Shown here: positions 37,395-44,787 of the stretch, piece by piece
Position numbering within the stretch: the stretch's first letter is position 1
Layout: each line of letters begins with the position of its first letter
DNA from: an uncultured Collinsella sp.
Lineage (GTDB): Bacteria > Actinomycetota > Coriobacteriia > Coriobacteriales > Coriobacteriaceae
Direction of reading: 5' to 3'
DNA length: 64,000 nt
Assembly (NCBI GenBank): GCA_902495355.1
Contig: CABUWV010000007.1
Location: 33,686 to 97,685 of the forward strand
Program-made: the position numbers and the translations under genes
Notes under the pieces: model-generated
Seen by the model: the letters and a program-made list of their open reading frames with translations, nothing else
What the model was told of the DNA's origin: nothing
The model's database searches: none

Positions 37395-38414
37395 GTGGAA
37401 ACCGCGATTGATATGGCGTTTGGCGGCGCGACGCTTGCCGCCTGCCCACTCTCGGCACTGGTGCTCTCGTTTGCCTTTTACGGGTTTTGCGGTTGGGCAT
37501 GGGAGTCGACAGTATGTGCCATGCTCAATCACGGACGATTTGCCAACAGCGGCTTTTTGCTGGGGCCGTGCTGCCCAATCTATGGCGCGGGCGGCATTGC
37601 CTGCTGGCTGCTGTTGCGCGGGATTCCGGATGCCTCGAGCCAGTTTGTCGCTGCAGCACTCGTATGCAGCGTGATTGAGTATAGCGTAGGCGTGCTGTTG
37701 GAAAAAACAACGGGCGCTCGCTTTTGGGATTATTCGCACCTGCCGTTTAACCTGCACGGACGTATCTGCCTGTACTGGGCCTGCGCGTTTGGCCTGGGTT
37801 CGTTGTGCATTTGCCGTTTGGTGGAGCCGGCATTGCTGGGACTGCTTGGCCATCTGCCGGTGCTGATTGTGCGGCTGTCCGCCTTTATCGTCGCGGTCGC
37901 GATGATGGTCGACGCGGCATGCTCGTTGGCGAGCTGGCGGCGTCTGTCCGATCAGCTGGAGCGCGTGCGCGCCGACCTTGCCGACCGCATCAACGAGTCG
38001 CTTGCCGATGCCTCGGACTCAATGCTCGAGCGCATTCCCGATTCGGCAATCGACTCGGTGGCACAGACGCATATCCGCAGCCGTGCCGTTAACGCGTGGC
38101 TGGCCGAGCTGGGCGACGCGACACTCGATGCCCTTCGTGAGAAGGCTTCGATGCCGACATTTATCTCGGATGGTGCTCGCGGCCTGGCACTTGCCGCCCG
38201 CCGCGTGGCCGATGCCGCGCCGAGCATGCCGCGTCCGTCGCTCAGTCGCCGCCTTGCCGGCAAGCGCATGAGCCGTCCGGTGCCAAGCGTGTCGCTCAGC
38301 CGACGCGACCTGCGCTTCTTCAATGCCTTCCCGCGCTTGCGCATCAACCGCTACGAAGGTGTCATTCGAGCAACTAATCTCCGCGACCGCGCCCACGAGC
38401 TGTTTCGGCGCTAG
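37395..38414 (+). CDS. membrane protein of the putative 'ABC-transporter type IV' (DUF1113-like) family with an Arg-rich C-terminal tail
   Basis: FYGFCGWAWES...GPCCPIYGAGG motif block as I recall it for this family. 3-nt gap after the HD gene. Confidence 0.55.
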   Translation: METAIDMAFGGATLAACPLSALVLSFAFYGFCGWAWESTVCAMLNHGRFANSGFLLGPCCPIYGAGGIACWLLLRGIPDASSQFVAAALVCSVIEYSVGVLLEKTTGARFWDYSHLPFNLHGRICLYWACAFGLGSLCICRLVEPALLGLLGHLPVLIVRLSAFIVAVAMMVDAACSLASWRRLSDQLERVRADLADRINESLADASDSMLERIPDSAIDSVAQTHIRSRAVNAWLAELGDATLDALREKASMPTFISDGARGLALAARRVADAAPSMPRPSLSRRLAGKRMSRPVPSVSLSRRDLRFFNAFPRLRINRYEGVIRATNLRDRAHELFRR

Positions 38415-38612
38415 CCGGGACGGGCACGCTCACGGCTCCCTTGCTCGCGTATTTCCCGTCCGTTTCGCGTCCGTTGCCGTGCCGTTTCTAAGATTGCGGC
38501 ACCGTTTCCATTCGACAACGCAGCGTTTAACAACGCCGTATCTGGTCTACACCAGTTGCCCCTCGGCCGCATTATGGGCGCCGACAACGTTCATGCGATC
38601 AAGGAGGAGCGA

Positions 38613-39890
38613 ATGTACGATACGGGATCGACAACGTTTATGCTCATCTGCACCATGCTCGTGTTTTTAATGACACCGGGTCTGGCGTTTTTCTATGGCG
38701 GCCTGTCCAGGCGCAAAAATGTCATCAACACCATGCTCATGTGCTTTGGCGCCATTGGCCTGGTTGGCGTGCTGTGGATTGTTGCCGGCTGGTCGCTGGC
38801 CTATGGCGGAGACGGCTCGAGTCCGTTTATTGGAGGCCTTGACCAGCTACTGTGCCTTTCGGTGCTCAACCAGGTGCTGCAGGCGGCCGAGGGCAATGCC
38901 ACTGACGGCGCCGTCTACCCTCAGATCATCAACATCGCCTTTCAGATGGCATTTGCCATGATCACTGCTGCTATCGTCACGGGCAGCCTGGCCGGCCGCG
39001 TTAAGTTTGGTGCCATGACGGCCTTCCTGGGCATTTGGCTGCTTGTGGTCTATGCGCCGCTTGCCCACATGGTTTGGGGCGGCGATGGCTCCTTTATCGG
39101 TGACATTATCGGCGCACTCGACTTTGCCGGCGGCGACGTGGTGCACATTTCGTCCGGTCTTACGGGCCTGATCCTCTGCTTAATGCTCGGCCGTCGTCGC
39201 GGTTTTGGCATGGTGAGCTATCGCCCGCATAACGTGCCGTTTGTGGCGCTGGGCGCCGGGCTGCTTTGGTTTGGCTGGTTTGGCTTTAACGGCGGCAGCG
39301 AGTTTAAGGCCGACGCCGTGGCGGCACTCGCCATCCTCAACACCGTGACGGCCAGCGCGGCGGGCATGGTCTCGTGGCTTGCCGTCGAGCGCGTGCACAC
39401 CGGTCGCCCCACGCTGGTGGGCGCCAACACCGGTCTGGTTGCGGGCCTTGTGGTGGTCACGCCCGGCGCGGGCTTTGTCGAGCCGTGGGCGGCGCTGGTC
39501 ATGGGCCTGATCGTATCGCCCGTCTGCTACCTGGCCATCAGCCATCTTAAGACCAAGTTTGGCTACGACGATGCACTCGATGCGTTTGGTTGCCACGGTA
39601 TCGGCGGAATTTTGGGCGGCGTGCTCACGGGTCTGTTCTGTGTGCCGGAGCTTTCGTGGACCGGTAAGGGTGGCCTGTTCTACACGGGCGACGTGTCGCT
39701 GCTCGTCTCGCAGATCCTGGGCATTGTGGTGACGGTCGCTATTGTGCTGGTGCTCGATTTGGTGATCGCCGCGGTGGTCAAAGCGCTATTCCACGGCAGC
39801 CTGCGCGTGGACGAGGCCGACGAGGCGCTGGGCCTGGACGCAAGTCAACACGGCGAGAGCGCGTATCCTTCGTTCTCCGGACTCGATTAG
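38613..39890 (+). CDS. amtB: ammonium transporter
   Basis: LMTPGLAFFYGGL, DFAGGDVVHISSG and AFGCHGIGG motifs. ATG at 38613 follows AAGGAGGAG. Confidence 0.9.
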   Translation: MYDTGSTTFMLICTMLVFLMTPGLAFFYGGLSRRKNVINTMLMCFGAIGLVGVLWIVAGWSLAYGGDGSSPFIGGLDQLLCLSVLNQVLQAAEGNATDGAVYPQIINIAFQMAFAMITAAIVTGSLAGRVKFGAMTAFLGIWLLVVYAPLAHMVWGGDGSFIGDIIGALDFAGGDVVHISSGLTGLILCLMLGRRRGFGMVSYRPHNVPFVALGAGLLWFGWFGFNGGSEFKADAVAALAILNTVTASAAGMVSWLAVERVHTGRPTLVGANTGLVAGLVVVTPGAGFVEPWAALVMGLIVSPVCYLAISHLKTKFGYDDALDAFGCHGIGGILGGVLTGLFCVPELSWTGKGGLFYTGDVSLLVSQILGIVVTVAIVLVLDLVIAAVVKALFHGSLRVDEADEALGLDASQHGESAYPSFSGLD

Positions 39891-39993
39891 CAGCTTCCCC
39901 AAGCACCGCACCTCGGCCTTCAATCGTCGTTTGCGTACCTTAAGTACGCGGCACTCCTCTTTCAGGCCGATCTGCGGCACTTGGGAAACCTGC
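39891..39993. repeat. nested palindrome in the amtB-glnK spacer
   Basis: About 28-nt imperfect arms at 39891-39918/39965-39993. Central perfect palindrome GCGTACCTTAAGTACGC at 39933-39949. Confidence 0.75.
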
Positions 39994-40031
39994 TAAGACC
40001 TGTTAGTTGCACTTATCTGATCTACAAGGTT

Positions 40032-40054
40032 GGTCTGCGGCACCTGGGAAACCC
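40032..40054 (+). repeat. third copy of the amtB-glnK arm motif (GGTCTGCGGCACCTGGGAAACCC)
   Basis: Direct repeat of 39968-39990 (GATCTGCGGCACTTGGGAAACC), 45 nt upstream of glnK. Confidence 0.7.
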
Positions 40055-40099
40055 GCGCCTCATGTAAAGGGATACGTTGATTATTGAGAGGAATTCATT

Positions 40100-40438
40100 A
40101 TGAAAAGGATCACGGCTATCGTGCGCCAGGAAAAGCTTGAGGTTCTTAAGGATGCGCTGTTTGCTGCCGATGTTCGCGGCATGACTATCAACCAGGTGCA
40201 GGGCTGCGGTGCACAGCATGGCTGGAAGGAATACGTGCGTGGCAACGAGTTGCTTGTCAACACAATTCCTAAGGTACAGTTCACCCTTATCTGCGTCGAT
40301 GAGCACGTTGATGTCATTGTCGAGATTATCTGCAACGCTGCTCGCACCGGAGCCGTCGGCGACGGCAAGATTTGGGTCGAGCCGGTCGAGGAGGTCATCC
40401 GCATCCGCACCGGCGAACACGGTCCCGCCGCGGTGTAG
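40100..40438 (+). CDS. glnK: P-II nitrogen regulatory protein
   Basis: 112 aa, MKRITAIVRQEKLEVLKDAL and TGAVGDGKIWV motifs, located after amtB. Confidence 0.9.
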   Translation: MKRITAIVRQEKLEVLKDALFAADVRGMTINQVQGCGAQHGWKEYVRGNELLVNTIPKVQFTLICVDEHVDVIVEIICNAARTGAVGDGKIWVEPVEEVIRIRTGEHGPAAV

Positions 40439-40512
40439 AATCGACTGCCTGCCATTCGCAACGTTAAAATACTGCAATGAGGCACAAGACTTGCGTTGCG
40501 GATGGACAGATT

Positions 40513-41175
40513 ATGGGGCGTAATAAATATCCCGAGGAGACGGTTGCGAAGATTCTCGACGCGGCGCTGGAGCTATTCTGCGCACAGGGTTATGAGGGGA
40601 CGAGCATTCAAGATATCGTCGACCGCCTCGATGGCATGACCAAGGGTGCTGTCTATCATCACTTTAAGAGCAAAGAGGAGATTTTCAACGCCGCATTTGA
40701 TCGGGCAATGGCTCCGATTGTTGAGCAACGTCGCTCAACGCTTGGTATCGGCAATATGACCGGAGCCCAAAAGCTCAAGCGATTGTACGCGCCCGAGTCT
40801 GTCGTTCCGCAAATTGAGCTATGGGCACGCATGCATCCTGCGGCAGATCCGGTAAAAAGCTCGCGTCTACTGGCGATGCAGTACCAGGGCTCGTTTGACG
40901 AGTCGGCCGATGGCTGTCTCTTGCCAGTAATCGAGGAGGGCATCGCTGACGGCTCCATTGCGTGCGAATGTCCGCGCGAAGCGGCAGAGGCGGTATCGTT
41001 GTTGGCGAATCTTTGGCTGCTGCCGCTGTTCCGTCCGCTTGAGACCAAGGATCGAATGCTCGCTCGCGCGCAATGTTTGGCGCAGATGGCGGCCGCGGTG
41101 GGGCTCGATTTGGGTAATGAAGTGCTCCAGACAACGGCTCAGATTTGGGACGTATGGGACCGCGCCGGGTGGTAA
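40513..41175 (+). CDS. TetR/AcrR-family transcriptional regulator
   Basis: N-terminal HTH ILDAALELFCAQGYEGTSIQDIVDRLDGMTKGAVYHHFKSKEEI. Confidence 0.85.
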   Translation: MGRNKYPEETVAKILDAALELFCAQGYEGTSIQDIVDRLDGMTKGAVYHHFKSKEEIFNAAFDRAMAPIVEQRRSTLGIGNMTGAQKLKRLYAPESVVPQIELWARMHPAADPVKSSRLLAMQYQGSFDESADGCLLPVIEEGIADGSIACECPREAAEAVSLLANLWLLPLFRPLETKDRMLARAQCLAQMAAAVGLDLGNEVLQTTAQIWDVWDRAGW

Positions 41176-41190
41176 TATAGATACCAACGG

Positions 41191-41244
41191 TATTTAATGA
41201 CTTGAAAAGGGTAGCCACGGCTGCCCTTTTCAAGTCATTAAATA
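41191..41244. repeat. perfect 21-bp-stem hairpin between the TetR and MFS genes
   Basis: TATTTAATGACTTGAAAAGGG (41191-41211) and CCCTTTTCAAGTCATTAAATA (41224-41244), flanked by the small palindromes ATACCAACGGTAT and ACATACTAATGGTATGT. Confidence 0.85.
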
Positions 41245-41275
41245 CATACTAATGGTATGTATAGGGGACAGGCTT

Positions 41276-42538
41276 ATGGCTAGAATGCGGAGGAGTAGCG
41301 TCTCGTTGGCGCAAAAAACAGTGCGATCTATCAGGCTTTTCGGTCTTCTTGTTGCACAGCTGTGCGCGTATTCGATGTTGTCGGCACTGTGCTTTGCGTG
41401 CCCGCTTTACTTGTTCGATTGCAGCGGCTCGTCAATGTTATATGGTGCCGTCGCGGCGATAGCGTTCGTGCCGGGCGTGCTTGCGACTCCGGCTGGCGGA
41501 ATCTTGGCGGATCGTGGGAGACATCGCGGGGTTCTTGTGGTGCTTGGCATTGTTCTGATGGCTGCATCGCTGTTGTTTATCCCCATGAAGCGGTCGCTGC
41601 CTCTTGCCGTTGTCGTGATGGCAATACTTTGCGTCCAATATGGCATCCAATCGCTGCTGAAACCGATGCTTCAAATTGAGACGGTGCACATGATGGGCCA
41701 AGAAAAGGTTGAGCGTGCCACAGCGTTGGTCTCGCAGGTAACCATGGCGAGCAATATCTTGGGGCCTGTAGTCGGGACGGCAGTCTATGGGTGCTTTGGT
41801 ATCGATGCTCTATGCGAAACCGCGGCGTTGACGTTTGCGATGTCAGCCCTGCTGTTCGGGGGCACACTCAAGCGATATGCCTCATCTGGAATGACAGGGG
41901 ACAGTACGACTTGCTTGACATGCCGAAGCGATTTCCGGGAGTCGATTCGGTACCTGGTTCAAAACGCATCATTGCTCGTTGTGTTTTTGCTTGCGGCCAT
42001 TTTGAACCTTGCGTTAGTTGGGTTAACGATTGGTGCTCCCATTGTTGTTTCAAAGCATCTCGGAATACAGTCATCCTTTGTTGGGATTATTGAGGTGGCT
42101 ATGGGCTTGGGTGGTCTTGTCGGCAGTGCTTTGGTCGGTATTTGGCCGCATCGTTTTTCCTTCAAGGGCATATGTCGATATGTTGCGATGATTTGTTTTG
42201 GGGTCGTACCGATTATTGTCACGCTACTGAGCGGTCCTGATGAATTAGCGTTTGCCGCGCTTGCGGCCGGCTCGGCATGGGCCATGGTATGGGCAAGCAT
42301 TACATCGGTTGAAATCGTTTCATTCGTTCAGCGGTCAACGCCAAAGGAACTCTGCGGAAAAGTGCTGGCACTCGTTTATATGACGCTTTCCTGTGCAACG
42401 CCTATTGGCCAATTGGTTTACGGGCTCGCATATGATCGATGGACACCGGCGATTGTATTCGCAGGAATGTTGGCGGTGCTGACGTTGACTACGGTGCAGT
42501 TTTATCGGTTGAAAAGTCGCTTGTGGCAATTGTCTTAA
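41276..42538 (+). CDS. MFS transporter
   Basis: About 12 hydrophobic segments and an MFS loop motif (GGILADRGRHR). ATG at 41276 lies 7 nt after AGGGGA. Confidence 0.8.
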   Translation: MARMRRSSVSLAQKTVRSIRLFGLLVAQLCAYSMLSALCFACPLYLFDCSGSSMLYGAVAAIAFVPGVLATPAGGILADRGRHRGVLVVLGIVLMAASLLFIPMKRSLPLAVVVMAILCVQYGIQSLLKPMLQIETVHMMGQEKVERATALVSQVTMASNILGPVVGTAVYGCFGIDALCETAALTFAMSALLFGGTLKRYASSGMTGDSTTCLTCRSDFRESIRYLVQNASLLVVFLLAAILNLALVGLTIGAPIVVSKHLGIQSSFVGIIEVAMGLGGLVGSALVGIWPHRFSFKGICRYVAMICFGVVPIIVTLLSGPDELAFAALAAGSAWAMVWASITSVEIVSFVQRSTPKELCGKVLALVYMTLSCATPIGQLVYGLAYDRWTPAIVFAGMLAVLTLTTVQFYRLKSRLWQLS

Positions 42539-42653
42539 GGCGCAGGGACACCGTGGATTTGCGGAAGCATTGTCCCGCCGCGCCGGGACGCCATTGTCTG
42601 GGCATGTCTCTCCTTCGTCTACAATATCGTGCAGACGAAGGAGAGGCATGCCC

Positions 42654-43511
42654 ATGATCAAGATGTTTGCGAGTGACTTAGACGGAACGCTGCTCAACGC
42701 CCTGCACGAGGCAGATGGGACCATCCGCCGTGCCATTCGCGAGCTGACTGAGGCTGGCCTGCATGTGGTTCCCGCGACCGGGCGCTCGACGTTGCCGATC
42801 GGCGAGCATGGCTTTACGGGGCTGGCGCTCGATGCCTGCTGCTCTAACGGCTCCATCGTGCGCGACAGTCATGGCGAGGTGCTCAAAACCTGGACCATCG
42901 ATCCGCAGGTTACCGAGGAGCTGCTCAAGGCATTCCCGGACATTTGCTTTGATTGCTCCACACCCGATGGCATGTTCTCGAGCGGTTCGTTCGAGATGCA
43001 TCAGGCGGGCTTTAAAAAGGACAGCCCCATCAAGCGTATTGTGATGCGCGGCATGCGTGCACGTGGCGGGTATCACGAGGAGCAGTATTTCGACCAGTCG
43101 ATCGGTGACATCCTGCGCCACGATGTGTGCAAGATCAACTGCCGCGTGACCTCGCCCGAGCTGGAGCGCGACCTTAAGGCGTATTTGGCCGAGCGTTCGG
43201 ACCGTGTGGTCAACGCGCCGTTCGATCCGGTGATGTTTGAGATCACGGACGTGGCATGTAACAAGGGCGAGAGTGTGGCTTGGCTGGCGGGCTACTACGG
43301 TATTGCCGAGGATGAGGTTGCGGTTTACGGCGACGGCGGCAACGATATTGCTATGCTCAAGCGTTTCCGCCACAGCTACGCGACCAAAAACGGCAGCGAC
43401 GCGGCCAAGGCCGCCGCGAGCGCGACTATCGGTAGCTGCATGGTCCACGCCGTCCCCAAACATATGTTCGCCACCATGCGCAAGCAAAACTCCCGCACCG
43501 TCATCGAATAA
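42654..43511 (+). CDS. Cof-type HAD-IIB phosphatase
   Basis: FASDLDGTLL (motif I) and YGDGGNDIAML (motif IV). Confidence 0.85.
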   Translation: MIKMFASDLDGTLLNALHEADGTIRRAIRELTEAGLHVVPATGRSTLPIGEHGFTGLALDACCSNGSIVRDSHGEVLKTWTIDPQVTEELLKAFPDICFDCSTPDGMFSSGSFEMHQAGFKKDSPIKRIVMRGMRARGGYHEEQYFDQSIGDILRHDVCKINCRVTSPELERDLKAYLAERSDRVVNAPFDPVMFEITDVACNKGESVAWLAGYYGIAEDEVAVYGDGGNDIAMLKRFRHSYATKNGSDAAKAAASATIGSCMVHAVPKHMFATMRKQNSRTVIE

Positions 43512-43512
43512 T

Positions 43513-43539
43513 GTGACAAAGGGATGGCCCCTTTGTCAC
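43513..43539. repeat. 27-bp palindrome, left copy (GTGACAAAGGG-ATGGC-CCCTTTGTCAC)
   Basis: Perfect 11-bp arms. A related copy lies at 43946-43972. Confidence 0.85.
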
Positions 43540-43570
43540 GGGGCCTGTGTTCTTGGAATACGAACATATA

Positions 43571-43600
43571 TTCGTATATATAACTAGGCTCTGGTAGAAT
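43571..43600 (+). promoter_or_regulatory. candidate promoter for the small hydrophobic ORF
   Basis: TTCGTA (43571-43576), 18-nt spacer, TAGAAT (43595-43600) with TGG just upstream. AT-rich context. Confidence 0.45.
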
Positions 43601-43664
43601 CGGCATTGTTGACGGCAGTTCCATGTGCCGGGCAACGCCCTCCATCTGATGGGAGGTGATGCCC

Positions 43665-43790
43665 ATGACCGATCTGATTGATTTCGTGAGACTTCTGACC
43701 GCTTTGGTCTCGTTCTTCACGGCGCTCGTCGGGCTTTCCGAGGCACTCAAGCAACGTTCGAAGCAACGTAAAAGGGGTCGCCGCCGCTAA
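43665..43790 (+). CDS. 41-aa hydrophobic peptide with a poly-Arg/Lys tail (candidate type I toxin / holin-like toxin)
   Basis: MTDLIDFVRLLTALVSFFTALVGLSEALKQRSKQRKRGRRR. GGGAGG at 43651-43656 lies 8 nt upstream. Below the ORF-track size cutoff. An in-frame ATG also occurs at 43659. Confidence 0.55.
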   Translation: MTDLIDFVRLLTALVSFFTALVGLSEALKQRSKQRKRGRRR

Positions 43791-43852
43791 GGCGTTGACC
43801 CCTTAATCCAAGCAACGGCGCTGCCCAGCTTTCCAGAACTTGGGCTGCCGTC
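43767..43852 (-). ncRNA. predicted cis-antisense small RNA overlapping the 3' end of the small ORF (candidate antitoxin RNA)
   Basis: Bounded by a minus-strand promoter (TTGTCC-17-TAGAAT) and the hairpin at 43772-43804, which on the minus strand is followed by UUUU. The ends are estimates. Confidence 0.3.
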
Positions 43853-43858
43853 GACACT

Positions 43859-43887
43859 ATTCTACCCACGAATGACATTTTGGACAA
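43859..43887 (-). promoter_or_regulatory. candidate convergent promoter (minus strand)
   Basis: On the minus strand: TTGTCC (43887-43882), 17-nt spacer, TAGAAT (43864-43859), preceded by TGGG. Confidence 0.5.
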
Positions 43888-43945
43888 TCGGTAATGCCGC
43901 CCTAAAAACCTGGCACAACCTGCACAACCTAGGCGGTCGCTGGAT

Positions 43946-43972
43946 GTGACAAAGAGGCTGCCCCTTCGTCAC
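43946..43972. repeat. 27-bp palindrome, right copy (GTGACAAAGAGG-CTG-CCCCTTCGTCAC)
   Basis: Related to 43513-43539, including the shared ATGTGACAAAG lead-in. Confidence 0.75.
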
Positions 43973-44065
43973 AACCCAAATATTGCCTTTACGTGTTGAT
44001 GCACACGGTGTGCAATAATACTCGCACTGTGCAATAGCGCACAGGCTGAGTAACAAGGAGGACGC

Positions 44066-44776
44066 TTGTCCCAGCTCGAGAAATGCGATCGCCGGTCTCT
44101 TCGCTCGCAGCGTGCCCTTCGCCAGGCACTTGCCAGCGAGCTTGCCGAAAGCGGCGACCTTTCGCGCATTAACGTCGCGTCGCTCACCGAGCGTGCCGGC
44201 CTTACGCGCCGCACGTTCTATTCGCACTACCGCGATATCCCCGACTTTATCAGCCAGATCGAGGACGGCCTGCTTGCCGAGATTCGTGAGCGGGTGGAGC
44301 TTATCACCGCAGCTCAATTACCCGATCTTTACCGCAACATCGACGAGCTCGAGCCGGCACCCGGTTCGGTTGAGCTGCTTCGCTATCTTGCGGCTAATCG
44401 CGACCTTATCGGGGCCCTGCTGGGCCCGGGCGGCGACCCTGCCTTTATTAAAAAGATTATCGACACCGCGCGTGAGGCTGTGGTGCCGCGTGCACAGACG
44501 GGCATTTTGGGCTTGGCGCTGGGCACCTTCTTTGACTACTACGTCACCTATGTCGTGAGTGCCGAGGTCGGCATGATCCAACGTTGGTTTGAGCGTGACC
44601 TTTCTGAATCGCCCGAGACCATGGCGCGCATTATGACGGTCATCGCCTTTGTGCGCCCCGGCGACCTGTATGGCCAACCCATCGATATCAACGTGCCGGA
44701 ATACGGCATGAAGCTATTGAATCTGCAGCTCGAGGACGCGGTCGACACCACCGCAACCGTCGAGTCCAACAACTAA
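44066..44776 (+). CDS. TetR-family transcriptional regulator
   Basis: HTH INVASLTERAGLTRRTFYSHYRDIPDF. TTG start. The stop lies 11 nt before the giant downstream gene. Confidence 0.75.
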   Translation: MSQLEKCDRRSLRSQRALRQALASELAESGDLSRINVASLTERAGLTRRTFYSHYRDIPDFISQIEDGLLAEIRERVELITAAQLPDLYRNIDELEPAPGSVELLRYLAANRDLIGALLGPGGDPAFIKKIIDTAREAVVPRAQTGILGLALGTFFDYYVTYVVSAEVGMIQRWFERDLSESPETMARIMTVIAFVRPGDLYGQPIDINVPEYGMKLLNLQLEDAVDTTATVESNN

Positions 44777-44787
44777 GAGGAGAGACA

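Noticed and set aside
43376-43766. Minus-strand ORFs of 124 aa (43376-43750) and 60 aa (43584-43766) overlapping the small-toxin locus
   Set aside because: They have no RBS, run through the HAD gene's 3' end and the AT-rich promoter region, and their composition is not protein-like. The plus-strand 41-aa ORF with an SD explains the locus better.
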